Below are positions 28,863 through 41,411 of a stretch of DNA of 64,000 nucleotides, piece by piece. How positions within the stretch are numbered: the stretch's first letter is position 1; each line of letters starts with the position of its first letter. A program made the position numbers and the translations under genes. The notes under the pieces are model-generated. The model saw nothing but the letters and a program-made list of their open reading frames with translations, did not search any database and was not told the origin of the DNA. Origin of the DNA: Octopus vulgaris (lineage: Eukaryota); contig OX597815.1 of assembly GCA_951406725.2 (NCBI GenBank), positions 109,554,001 to 109,618,000 on the forward strand, read 5' to 3'.

Positions 28863-29166
28863 GTGTGTGTGTGTGTTAGTTGCTCTCTACAAAACTCAAA
28901 ATTGTTTGTAATGTAAAGAAGGATCCATGAATAAATTTCATTAGCGACTTCTTTGTTATAATAATTCAGGAGATATATAGTAAAACACGTGCAAATATGC
29001 TCGGAACAATTTCATAATATACACTCCGGGCTTAATCTTTTTGAATACATGCATATTTGTGTCAATGTCTATGGATGTGTAGATGATCTTGAAACAAGTA
29101 TAAGCTAATCTGTGTTTGTATATATGCAAGCTGATACAAAAAATGCTTGCATGCACATATATACAT

Positions 29167-29200
<34 letters not shown>

Positions 29201-29201
<1 letters not shown>

Positions 29202-29358
29202 CTCTGTTTTTTTTTTGGCTTTTTTCGTCTCTATCCTTTTTGCCGATGAACGTAGGTTCGAAACGTCAAAGACTTGCCTAGTTTTCTCGAACATCAAACT
29301 AATACACCTGCTTATTGTTCCTTCACCTGTCTCCGCCATTTGTTTTCTGTGTATCTGA
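29201..29358 (+). mobile_element. Short repeat with a degenerate hammerhead-like motif (29235-29273)
   Basis: CTTT-TTGCCGA-T-GAAC-GTAG-GTTC-GAAAC-GTC-AAAG; second fragment at 58303-58348 (GGTTCGAAACGTAAAAG). Confidence 0.5.
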
Positions 29359-29457
29359 ACGATAAATACATGTGCGTGTGTGTTTATGTGTGTGGTGTGT
29401 GTCGCTGTGTGTGTTTGTGCATGTGTGCGAGTATGTGTGTATGCATATACATACATA

Positions 29458-29630
29458 CTATAAATTCTTATTTATACCTATCATCATAGGTGCGTTAGGA
29501 CATGTGCCAACAAACGTGCACAAAAGCTTAGAAAAAATTGGTTTCAGGAAGTGCAAAAGAAACTGAGGGTGTTTCTCCAAATTCAACATATAAGTGGAGA
29601 TTTGTAAGACATTCGTAAAATTCCTCCATC
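29458..29630 (+). pseudogene. 3' end of an RLE-type (R4/Dong/HERO-like) non-LTR retrotransposon ORF
   Basis: YKFLFIPIIIGALGHVPTNVHKSLEKIGF..VEICKTF matches the characteristic IPxxIGALG C-terminal RLE motif. Confidence 0.65.
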
Positions 29631-30179
29631 TGAGATTCTCATGTGAATAAAATCGCAGACTTAGGTGTATACAGTGGCAGTTGAACCAACACAAAACTCA
29701 ACTACATATTCATAAACACCTGGAATTCTTAATTCACATATCTGTTACATTGTTTGGCGATTGACTTGGACTCCTTAGCAAAAACTCAAAGCAAAATCAC
29801 GTAAACACACGGGTGCGCACACAACACACACACACACACAAATATATCCTTTGCAGTAAAGTTTACTGGGGTTTCCCTTCCGTCGCTATCCTGTTTCTCA
29901 TAAGTGTTTAATTCCCAGTTGCTATAGAGTAGAAACCGGAGATTCAGTGTAGCGAGGGATGTATAACTTGCGTGTTGGCTTGTGTGTGTGTGTGTGTTCG
30001 TGTGTGTGTGTGTGTGTGTGTGTGCGTGCGTGTATGTGTGTGTGTGTTGTGTGAGTGTGTGTGCATTTGCCTGCACTTATGCGTGTATGTATGTATGTAA
30101 TTATGTATGTATGTATATATGTGTGTATATATGTATGTGAATACCAACTAGGTGTTTGGCTCCACTTGAGTAGATAGCT

Positions 30180-30642
30180 CTTGTTTATATTATTTACATT
30201 ATTTACATTTGACGGATAATTGTCTTCATTTTGTATGTTGTTAACACAACGTTTCGGCTGATATACCCTCCAGGCCTCATCAGGTGTCTTGCGCAAATTT
30301 CGAACTTCGATTTTCATTCCTAATGTATTTTTCGATGTTGTTGTTGTTGTTGTTCTTCTTCTTCTTCTTCATCATCTTCTTCTTCTTCTTCTTCTTCTTC
30401 TTCTTCTTCTTCTTCTTCTTCTTCTTCTTCTTCTTCTTCTTCTTCTTCTTCTTCTTCTTTTCTTCTTCTTCTTCTTCTTCTTCTTCTTCTTCTTCTTCTT
30501 CTTCTTCTTCTTCTTCTTCTTCTTCTTCTTCTTCTTCTTGTTATGCCCGTGGGCATATGGCGTAGTGGTTAAGAGCGCGGGCTTAAGATTCCGAGGTTGA
30601 TTCCAGGCAGTGACCTGAATAATAATAATAATAATAATAATG

Positions 30643-30700
<58 letters not shown>

Positions 30701-30737
30701 TACTAATAATTATAAAAATAATAATGATGATGAAGAA

Positions 30738-30784
<47 letters not shown>

Positions 30785-30804
30785 AGAAGAAGAAGAAGAA
30801 GAAG

Positions 30805-30835
<31 letters not shown>

Positions 30836-30923
30836 GCAATAAACAACAACATCCAAAAATACCTTAGGAATGGGAACCTAGGTTCGAAGTTTCCCCACGA
30901 CACCTGATGAAGCCTGGAGGGTA
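30180..30923. mobile_element. Fold-back pair of a tRNA-headed, hammerhead-tailed short element
   Basis: tRNA-like head 30551-30620, (AAT)n/(GAA)n/(CAA)n, tail 30845-30923; inverted tail at 30180-30345 with mirrored (GTT)n/(CTT)n. Confidence 0.8.
30243..30288 (-). ncRNA. Minimal type-I hammerhead ribozyme
   Basis: GACAC-CTGATGA-GGCCTG-GAGGGTATAT-CAGCC-GAAAC-GTT-GTGTT; 5-bp stem I, loopless palindromic stem III (AACGTT). Confidence 0.75.
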
Positions 30924-31397
30924 AGTGCTAACGCATGAAACCCTCCACCCATATGTCCCTCTGTTAATCCTGCCAAATATTAATATATATATTTATACTT
31001 ACATTACACACATAAACACACACACACACACACACACATACACACACACATATATTGAGCGAGGTCATAGAAATAATCATGTTCGTGTCTGGATACACAA
31101 TAAAAGCAAGTGGAATATGGAAAATTCGAAAGTTAATCACCAAGGATTTTTAGTTATCCTTTGACTGGAATCATATAGGGGTCGGCCTTCTAGTATTGGA
31201 AATACTAGCTTTGGAAATACTTTCGAGACGCTGGCTATCAAAGTATGTATACTTTGTGGCGTATAATGTATCGTACGAGCGTATATCTATATAATCTCTG
31301 ATGATGTACTGACTCATATGTCATGGATATCATCTAGTTGAAGATTGAAATCACACTCAGTGTGATTTATTGAAGATTGAAATCAATCAGTAAATCG

Positions 31398-31433
<36 letters not shown>

Positions 31434-31453
31434 GTCAATCTATCTATCTATCC

Positions 31454-31541
<88 letters not shown>

Positions 31542-31630
31542 GTCTGTTTGGCTGGCTATCCAGCTGCATGTGTTTATGCGTACATGTACGTACAAGTGCG
31601 CGTATACACACACATTCACAGTCACACACA

Positions 31631-31737
<107 letters not shown>

Positions 31738-31988
31738 TAAGAGAGCGAAATTTGATGGTTATTTGATTTTCTGATTGATGGATTGAACTTAATATCATCG
31801 AAGAACTGGCTATTTGTTCGTGTTTATCTAATTATCTACTGTTCTAAGCAAATCCCTTAAATCTCTTTTCTACCATCCTATTTTTCCCCTGTTACTCTCT
31901 ATGTAATATACCGCTATTTATATTAGTGTATCCGTGTATGTGTGCCTTACATACATATATGTATATTAATAGATAGATGCACAGATAA

Positions 31989-32066
<78 letters not shown>

Positions 32067-32402
32067 GGATAGATAGATATGAATGGATAAGCTGTCTCTT
32101 TATGAATTTCTACGTTTTATGTCTTGTGAAGTGCAGATCCTTTTGCTATTACCAAATTGTGTATTTTTTTTTACACGATACTAATATAGCTCTTAAGTCT
32201 TGCCTTGAATATGGATTACGTTACTCAATGCAGTAAGACACTGCCATACCATATGTGCTTGCATGCTCTGAATACAAAAATGTGCATTGTAAACTAATAG
32301 TCTATTTTCTGTTACTGCTTCCTTTTCTCTACTCAATCGTTTTTTATCTCATTCTCCACCATCTGCATGGTCCCAGTTTAATGTGTGTGTGTGTATGTGT
32401 GT

Positions 32403-32451
<49 letters not shown>

Positions 32452-32859
32452 TGTGTGTGTGTGATGCGTAACAATGCAAACTGAAATACAAAGTGAACTA
32501 TAGAAATGAAAACGATAACATTACATTTCGATCCCAACTGTTGTTCTGTTTCACTTTTGTAGTATATTTTTGTATTCGCATTAGCTAAAACGTCTTATCT
32601 AATGTACAACTAACTGAGGCTGGTCTGGATAGCCATGGCTATCTCCAGAGTGACCTTCTTTTGCATAACTCTAAACTGGTCCTCTGCAGCACATTACATA
32701 CGTATTTAGTAGATGTCCGCTCGTGTCGTGTCCAAGGAAGACTGTCACCGGTTAATAAAAGAATAGATAATTGACTTATGTGCTAATTACTGACAGCGTG
32801 CTTCCCAATATTAAGTAAAAGTAATCTTCTCGAGTCATACCAGCTCATAAAAGCCGGTT

Positions 32860-33025
32860 TCACTTCCCCGCTGGACGGGAAAGTTTTGCCAGCCGAGTGG
32901 ACTGGAGTAACGTGAAATGAAGTGTTTTGCTCAAGAACACAGGGCGTATCCCGGTCCAGGAATCGAAACCACAATCTTACGATCATGAGTCTAGCACCCT
33001 AACCACTTAGGCACGCGCCTGCACT
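32860..33025 (-). mobile_element. SINE family A-type head and core
   Basis: GAGTGGACTGGAG..TGCTCAAGAACACA..GGAATCGAAACC..CCCTAACCACTTAGGCACGCGCC. Confidence 0.8.
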
Positions 33026-33076
33026 CCAAAAAAGTATGACTACACGCGTTACCGTCTCTTCAATCAAAAGAAAACT

Positions 33077-33108
<32 letters not shown>

Positions 33109-33473
33109 CATGCATGCATACATTAGCACAATTTTGCATGCAATAAGGCTAGCAGAACAGCTATGGACCCCCACTCTACTGTTGGCTCGATTTATATATA
33201 TATATACCGGCATGACATAGCTTGTGTCTATAGAGGTCGCAGATTCAGGAGTGTAGGTGTGCTATGAGTTTCAATTTCTACTGGATATACCCAAATGACC
33301 AAAATCGTATCTTCTCCTCAAATGTTTTACGTGAGCAACCTTCTCTCAGACATATGGTTAAAAGAAAGCTACGACGCTCTTCAATGTAGAACCAAACAAC
33401 ATCCAGAAATTTTGAGTTTCTGCACCCCCTCCTCTCCCGCACATGTGGGTGCGCTTCTGTTTGTGTTTGCACT

Positions 33474-33544
<71 letters not shown>

Positions 33545-33553
<9 letters not shown>

Positions 33554-34109
33554 TAAGTTATATCAAATCTCTGAGTGAGAGATAAACAGTAACAGTACGG
33601 AATTGTAAAGTATATTTGCCAACTAAATGCGGCGAGTCTATAGAGGATGGTGTTACTGTTGTTTTTAGCCCCAGGAAGACATCTCCTCGAGGCTAGCTGG
33701 AGGAGATGACTACTTGGGGCTAAAAACAACAGTAACACCGTCCTCTATATGACTGTCACGTTTAGTTGGCAAATATATTTTACGATTCCTTACTGTTACT
33801 GTTTATCTTTCGCTCAGAGATTTAATATAACTTATCTCTCTTTTACGAGATCAGCGACAATGTGTCGCTAGAAAAAGGATATAGTATTTTGCGAGTGGAA
33901 TGAGTTCTTCATCATTAGCCAGTGATTAACACACGCTGAAGACGGGTAACCACTCAGAAACCCTGCTCTGTGTGTATCGATGATCACCCTCGCAGATACT
34001 AATTTGATACAGACTCTGCGTCGTTGGCCAGCTGGAGGAGATGTCTTCCTGGGGCTAAAAACAACAGTAACACCGTTCTTTATAGGACCGCTACATTTAG
34101 TTGGCAAAC
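33545..34109 (+). mobile_element. Retrozyme/Penelope-pLTR-like element: ~1.25 tandem copies of a 335-nt unit plus an inverted partial copy
   Basis: 33691.. repeats at 34026..; 33545-33688 is inverted relative to 33699-33841; HHR at 33929-33975 (ACACACG-CTGAAGA-..-GAAAC-CCTG-CTC-TGTGTGT). Confidence 0.85.
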
Positions 34110-34128
34110 ACATACATACATACATACA

Positions 34129-34197
<69 letters not shown>

Positions 34198-34201
<4 letters not shown>

Positions 34202-34570
34202 CTTACATATGTTTCGACCAAAGATTGGACCAGGCCATGTCTAACTTAATAATAATCCCTAATAAGATTAGTTAAATCCTTTTGAAGTCAAGTTTTGTGT
34301 ATCATGGTCCAGTTGAGTAAAGGGTTATTGTTGAGTGAGTTGAATCCAGGTATAGGTGGCTTGTCCGGTATTCCTTGAAGAAATTTGTCCAAATTACGTT
34401 TAAAGGTAATGGGATCCTTTTTCTCTTTGATTTGTTTCGGGACAACGTTAAATAGGACAGGGACTGTTGAAGAAAACAAATTGTGTTGCAGGGTGTTGTT
34501 TATATGTTGTGGTCCTGAATGGGGTAGGGAACGTACGGCCCGTGATCCTAGCCTTGCATGAATGCTAAAG
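34198..34570 (-). pseudogene. 3' end of a CR1/L2-group LINE ORF2 plus short 3' UTR
   Basis: VLFNVVPKQIKEKKDPITFKRNLDKFLQGIPDKPPIPGF fits the typical LFNxLP..FK..LDKFL..IPDxP LINE C-terminus. Confidence 0.75.
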
Positions 34571-34571
34571 C

Positions 34572-34618
<47 letters not shown>

Positions 34619-35467
34619 AAATTCATATGACGTCAAGAAAATATGTACATACATATACGCAAATCTATGTATATATGTATGTATGTATATATATATATAC
34701 GTGTGTGTGAGTGCGTGGTGTGTGCGTGTGTTTGTAGGCATACGTATGCGCATTCGTGTACACATATATTCAGCCACATACACACGCATACATATTTGTA
34801 GAAGGTAAAATGAAACTATGAAATTTGTGAAGTACGTTTTTGTTTTGTAGTTTGTTTCTTCTCTGTAAAGTATTCTTTGAATAAAATGTATTCGTTTATC
34901 GCAACAGATATTTTAATTACCATCCATTATGCTGTTTCTCAGATATCACACACACACACACTTGAATGCACACACACGCATATATATATAAATATAAATA
35001 TATATATATTTATATATATATATACACACACATACATTTATATGTGTTCTCGCTCCACCCCTATATTATGCCATTCTTTTCCAAGTCTTTAAACACTTTA
35101 CAATTGGATCTGTGATTAATAAACTGAATAATAAACCACTATGGAAAAGACGTGCTAAACCGAATGAATAAATGAGTGAATGAATAAAAACATATATATT
35201 TTGGAACCAAACCTGAATTGAGTCCCGCCAAAACCTTTTTTTTTTTTACGAAAACCAAGCTAACGCTGTTCTGCTCCGTTAAATTACGTAGGCAATATCA
35301 TCTCCACCTCAATCCATTCAACCACAAACCTCAACCCCCCCGCCTTCTCCACCACCACCAACAACAACAACTATAATAATAATAATAATCATAATAATAA
35401 TCACGGCCACCACCACCACCGCATGTAAGCATATATACATAATACAAATCGTGGCTTTTTACTTCAG

Positions 35468-35535
35468 TGAAAGCCTGTTGGTTGGACACAAAGAGATTTC
35501 TGGCGGAGCATTTGCATCATTGATTGAGGACGTTG
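35468..35535 (+). CDS. Candidate small internal host exon (68 nt)
   Basis: Acceptor TTTTTACTTCAG, donor TTG|GTAAGT, open frame ESLLVGHKEISGGAFASLIEDV; in non-repetitive sequence; no homology recognised. Confidence 0.3.
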
Positions 35536-36109
35536 GTAAGTGTTATTTATTCAGGTTGAGCAGAATTAATGTCATCATATATAAGCATCGGAGTGTGTAG
35601 TAACCCAACCCAATGCTAGTTTTTCTCATTTGTTAGCGTATACCAACAACAGCTAGGACAACAACAACAACAATTACGACTACAAGGGCGACGGATGAAA
35701 GGATATAACGGGGGACAGGTTACAAAAAGTGTGTATGTGTGTGCAGGCTATTAATTAGTTGATTCCATGAAAAATATAGTTTTATATACATACACAAACA
35801 CACATACATATTTGCATATAGAATACTCGTGTGGCCTTCTGTGGTTTAAAGTAGCGGGAGTAAAATACTCAAGGGCTAGTAGAGTGTGCTGGTTCCATGA
35901 GGTTAATGCAGTTGCCTGATACTCTAGAGTTTGTCCGACATGTAGACAGTTCTCAGACAGGTAAAAGGGTGGGTGAGTTTTTCACTGTGAGGAACCGTGT
36001 ATTGTTCAGGAGAAACTTCAAGGTAACAGCCTACAGTGTCACCGTTAGTAAACTCTCTCTCTCTCTCTCCCACTCACTCACTCTCTCTCTCTCATGTATA
36101 TATATATAT

Positions 36110-36306
36110 CGTTTTTGTATTTGGTTTTACAAGATTTTTTATGGGAATTCGTGTGTTGAATCAAATTTTATTTGTCTGGAGCGAGTTTGAAATGTTTGTA
36201 AGACGCAACGAAAATTTTAGAAGTAATAAATTAGTAAATGAGTGGAAATCGAAACAGTGAATGTGTTAAGTAATAAAGCACTAAAAGATAATGACTCTCC
36301 CCAGAC

Positions 36307-36310
<4 letters not shown>
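36110..36310. mobile_element. Internally inverted short repeat, homologous to 55262-55820
   Basis: Shared TTCGTGTGTTGAA..TGTCTGG, AAGACGCAACGAAAATTTTAG and AATGACTCTCCCCAGACACAA. Confidence 0.7.
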
Positions 36311-36353
<43 letters not shown>

Positions 36354-36357
<4 letters not shown>

Positions 36358-36518
36358 AAATAAGCAACAAAGATATCCAGTGGTAATGCAGTACGATCGT
36401 TTCATGCGACTTCGTTTAATTGAACAATGCAATCAATGATTGCATTGTTCAATTAAATGGAGTCGCATGATATGATCATACTGCATTACCTCTTGATATC
36501 CTTGTTGCTTATTTTGAT
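36354..36518. repeat. Near-perfect palindrome (82-bp arms, 1-nt spacer)
   Basis: 36354-36435 is the reverse complement of 36437-36518 with scattered mismatches; starts at the edge of (TA)n. Confidence 0.92.
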
Positions 36519-36585
36519 TTTAATCACCTTATTTTGAAATTTAATGGATAACACCATACTAAATTCTGGTGCCTCAACTTAAGTC

Positions 36586-36703
<118 letters not shown>

Positions 36704-37035
36704 ACGGTCGGTAGACTTAATGGTTGATATTCACGTAAAGTGATGTAATTTATTTAGGCCAATCCAGTAGTCTTTCATTCTGGAATTTCCATGGCATGCA
36801 GCCCCTTGTTAAGTTAAATCAACATACGTCATCACCCTGATGGTGCCCATTTTGCGGCATTGGTTCTTCCCTTAGCATGATGAGACTTGTCGCTTCAGTC
36901 TGCTTGTATTGTTTAAAGACGTGGCGGCATGATGCGGAAACGCTAAGATAATGAGACAATGACTTACTTAAACAAACTCCCTCCCTTTCCCTTTCTTCCC
37001 CCTCTTTTTCTTTCTTTCTTTCTTTCTCTCTCTTC

Positions 37036-37084
<49 letters not shown>

Positions 37085-37329
37085 TATACATATGAATGTG
37101 TGTCGCCATCTACAGTCAGTCAAAATACGGCATTGATTTAAGATTGCTATGATTAAAACACACTCTTCGACTTCGCATTAAAGCTATTCGAAATGCAAAG
37201 AGAATGACGAAACTGTTCTGTGAGCACCCGTTCAGTAACCGAAAACTGACAACATTTCGAACAGCTCTCGTAAGCTCTAAAACGGATCTAGCAATGAGCA
37301 GAACTCAGATTACAGCTGCTTGATAGCTA

Positions 37330-37620
37330 TGAGGGGAAAGGGTTGTATGGTGGATGCAATGGGAAAGGCCGCAGACTGATACTTTCTACTTTATTAATTC
37401 CTCATCGACTTTATCAAGTTTCAGTCTGACTGGAACAGGCAGGCAGTTTTTGTTTGTTAGCGGGAACACAAGAGATTGTACGATGGACATTGCTGAAAAG
37501 ACCGAGGATAAACGTTTTCCACTTGGAAAGAAAGATAAAGGTGAAGAGACAGATGCTAGTTTTCAGTAAATTTTGTAGAAAGTTGAGTGAGAATGGCAAT
37601 CACGGCCAGTGTCAAAAAGG
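37330..37620 (+). pseudogene. Possible decayed L1/Tx1-like ORF2 C-terminus
   Basis: SFCLLAGTQEIVRWTLLKRPRINVFHLERKIKVKRQML..FVES*VRMA loosely resembles Tx1-type C-termini; recognition from recall only. Confidence 0.3.
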
Positions 37621-39537
37621 TTAGCACTCAGCACGCGAAAGTAGTCAGAGAATACTGCTGGAAAAAGAGCTGTTAATCCTTAGTGAAGAGGGCAATCCTA
37701 GGTCTTTGGACTTCCTTGAGTAGCTCTAGGTGATAATCTTATTGGAGAATTAATCCAACACACACATAATCTCACATTATGTATGTACGTGTGTATCTAT
37801 GTATACAGAGTAACCCCACACTTTTTTACTTTCATTCATTCTTTTTGTAAGCTCCAACACTTATCGTAATCTGTCCCTATATATTCTGTTTTATTTATTT
37901 TAGTTTTCTTTTCTCTTGTTTAAATTTTAATTACTTATTTTGTTGACTGCCATGGGGATTTCCTTATTAGGAAGGAGAGTTAATTATTTGGTTGGTTATC
38001 TGTTAGAATGCTATTTCGATGAGCGGCGATGGTGAAATGTGAAGTTAAAAGCAAGTAGGTAGATTCAGGAATAGCACCATATTTGAACGATTCTCTTCGG
38101 AACCTCGTTATTGTTAATCTCATTTCATGAGGCAGCACCGTAGGAATTTGTCTTTTAGTGTAGGCTTAAGAGGACTCGTCTCACACATACTTCCACTCGC
38201 AGTCCTATACACATGTATAGTCCTATACACATGTATAGTGTGCTTGCATTGTGTGTGTTTGGGTGGTTGTCTATGTAAATCGAATTCGGTGTGTCGAGTT
38301 TATGACTCCACGCTAATAAGTTAAAACAGCCACAAGCACACACACACACACACACACACACACATTCATATGTACTTGTGTGTATGTGTGTGTTTATAGT
38401 ACGTATGCACTCAGAAAGACACACACGCACACACACACATACACACATGTAACGTATCTTAATATGTGCGGAGAGTGCAGGTTTTTAAGTGCGAATTACA
38501 ATTTTACTTTCTATCCACATTAACGCTACCTTATAATTATTCATATTCTCGCTGATATTACAATATATTCATTTACACACATGTTCTTTCAATTCGATAA
38601 CTTTATTTTATTTTTTGTTTTTGATTTTTAGCTCTAAGTACTTTTGTTTTCAATCATCAAATTGCTTTTTGCAAACAACGTAGTCTGTACGCATACATGT
38701 TATTGAGATGACAAAATTTTCAAACCTCATTGTAATTTTATGTAGGTTTTATAGTTAATTCTTTAAAATTTAAACATTAAGTAAATTATCAATTTTGTTA
38801 ATCAAGTTTTTATTTTTTTAAGTGAGAATTTTTACCAGAAAGATATTCTCAATTTTTACATTGGTAGAATTTATATTTTAATTTACTATCATAAACTTAT
38901 TTCTACCTAGTTTCAACCAGCTAACACAGGAAGCATACATTCTTGACAATGCTTACCTATATATATATACGTACTTTACAAATTCACCGCTCGCAGTTAT
39001 TATTAAATTAATTTTATGTGGACTATTCTCAGCAAAACTAAAATTACTTTTCTATTGCCATAATAGTTAACTGTAATTTCTCGTTATTTGCTATTTCACC
39101 ATGACCCTAATCAACTAAACTTTTATAGTAAATATCTTTCATTCATCTTCTGTAACACACACACACACGTGCGCGCGCGCGCACACGAAGACGAGGAAGA
39201 AGAAGAAGACGAGGAAGAAGAAGAAGAAGTCGAGGAAGAAGAAGACGAGGAAGAAGAAGAAGACACACACATTCTACGCAGCAGAATTCCAAACATAGCA
39301 AATTTAACTATTTCTCTGTAGATTGAAAAAAAATGATGAACTGCCTAAATCAATTTTCGAAACGCATTGAGTTTTTCATGAAAGATATATTATTTGTCCA
39401 ATACCAGTGAAATAGGCCACCTCTTTGTTTATATACACAACAATTCCAAAAGGTAGAGAGAACTGGAATCACTAATTTGCATATTATAAGTGTTTATCAC
39501 ATTATGTAATATGAGCGGCTTCTCAAAGAGGCACTAT

Positions 39538-39585
<48 letters not shown>

Positions 39586-39589
39586 ATAT

Positions 39590-40322
39590 AATTAGGGAGA
39601 GGAGAAAACAAATTCAAAGCCCGATGTGTATATTCATTCAGTCCATATTAACGAAGTTCTCCATGCTATTCAAAGTGCATACATAGATGCATTCATCTAT
39701 ATGTTGTATAAAAATTTATAAGAATTTATAAATACATACATATACACGAAAATTTATAAATATATTAATATTCATACACATATAAAAATTTACAAACGCA
39801 TAAAAATTCATAAATGTAAATATATATATAAAGAAACTGTAAGTCCATAAATGTACTTGCGAAGTTCGACTGAAAAGGATGATGAAGCGGATGTAAACTG
39901 ATTCATAAGGAGTCTGAAACATGTATAAAGTCTATGTATAAAGTCTTACGGCCGTTTCGAAAAGATATAGGTTGCTATGGGCGAGCTAACTCCAACCATA
40001 GCAATATTCTGTAATTCTCTCATCAGAGTTAATAGAATCACAAGGTAAAAATTTTGAAAGAAATGGTGGGTTAAATGATTTTAAAAATCGAATGTTTGAT
40101 CGGACCATTTTCTTCGGGCATATGAAGTTTATATGTGTATGAATTTTTATATACTTATAAATTTTCGTGCATATGTATGTATTTATAAATTCTTAGAAAT
40201 TTTTTATATATCATATAGATGAATGCATCTGTGTATGCACTTTGTATACCATGGAGAATTTCGTTAATGTGGATTGAATGAATATATATATCGGCCTTTG
40301 AATTTGCTTTCTCTTCTTAATT
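39590..40322. mobile_element. Fold-back element with ~200-bp inverted arms and a central hammerhead
   Basis: Arms 39590-39790 / 40122-40322; minus strand 40031-39943 reads CT-CTGATGA-GAGAA..TTGCTATGG..CCATAGCAA..TTTTC-GAAAC-GGCC-GTA-AG. Confidence 0.85.
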
Positions 40323-40417
40323 TTATCACTTATTTCTTCATTGTGTGTGTGTGTGTGTGTGTGTGTAAAAACTTACTGTTGACAAAGGCTGAGTGGCGTT
40401 CAATTATTAAATAAAAA

Positions 40418-40534
40418 TGAAAAATACACATTAAGTACAGGACATCACCAACGAGAGAAGTACTTGTCTTTCGTTGTGTATTTACGTACTTTTCACTCGT
40501 TGGTGAAGACCTGTACTTAATGTGTATTTTTTCA
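40418..40534. repeat. Hairpin (~46-bp arms)
   Basis: TGAAAAATACACATTAAGTACAGGACATCACCAACGAG.. versus ..CTCGTTGGTGAAGACCTGTACTTAATGTGTATTTTTTCA. Confidence 0.85.
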
Positions 40535-40542
40535 TATATATC

Positions 40543-40574
<32 letters not shown>

Positions 40575-41019
40575 CATGTGTGTGCGTATGTGTGTATGTG
40601 TGTTGATGGCTTGTTTTCTAGTTGTTGGGGTGTTGGGCACTGGGTATGTATACATGTGTATGTGTGTTGCGTTGCTCCACTCTACTCATGTTAAAGACAA
40701 CCACCTGAGTGCTGGTGCAGTCCTTTCTCCTTCCTTCTGCCACATCCTGGATGTGCCCCTGGGTGAAGCCTATGTACTACCATCACGAGTATGTAGGGAA
40801 ACAGTTAGTGAAAGAGTGCTAAATGCCACGAAATCATGCACATATGATATCAAAGATAAAGCATACACGTTTCATTTTTATGCGTCGTATACTACATTAT
40901 ATACATAAATACTGTTCCAAATCAAATTCAGTTTTGTGTTGCATGATCTGTAATATTCGTAAAATACATTTATCTTCACACTTTTATTCATTTCATTTAC
41001 AAAAAAATTCAAAACTTTA

Positions 41020-41411
41020 AGGCGGCGAGCTGGCTGAAACTTTAGCACTCCGGGCGAAATGCTTAACGGTATTTCGTCTGTCTTTATGTTCTGAGTTCAA
41101 ATTCCGCCGAGGTAGACTTTGCCTTTCATCCTTTCGGGGTCGATTAAATAAGTACCACTTACGCACTGGGGTCGATGTAATCGACTTAATCCGTTTGTCT
41201 GTTCTTGTTTGTCCTCTCTGTGTTTAACCCCTTGTGGGTAGTAAAGAAATAGGTATTTCGTCTGTCTTTACGTTCTGAGTTCAAATTCCACCGAGGTCGA
41301 CTTCGCTGTTCATCCTTTCGGGGTTGATAATTTAAGTTCCAGTTGCATCCTGGGGTCGATATAATCGACTGGCCCCTCCCCAAAAATTTTGTGCCTAGAA
41401 TAGAAAAGAAT
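41020..41411 (+). mobile_element. SINE family B, young, with internal tandem duplication of the body
   Basis: GGCGGCGAGCTGGC head, B-box GAGTTCAAATTCC, CTTTCATCCTTTCGGGGTCGAT core; 41068-41187 repeated at 41252-41370. Confidence 0.92.

Noticed and set aside
30551-30620. Possible tRNA gene
   Set aside because: Has A/B boxes but no complete cloverleaf (anticodon arm and acceptor stem defective); treated as a SINE head.
30284-30903. Poly-Glu/Lys/Phe/Asn ORFs
   Set aside because: Triplet microsatellites within the fold-back element.
31298-31304. CTGATGA boxes here and at 51803(+), ~27352(-), ~59762(-), plus CTGAAGA at ~26844
   Set aside because: No properly placed GAAA with stems II/III and stem I pairing; likely chance heptamers.
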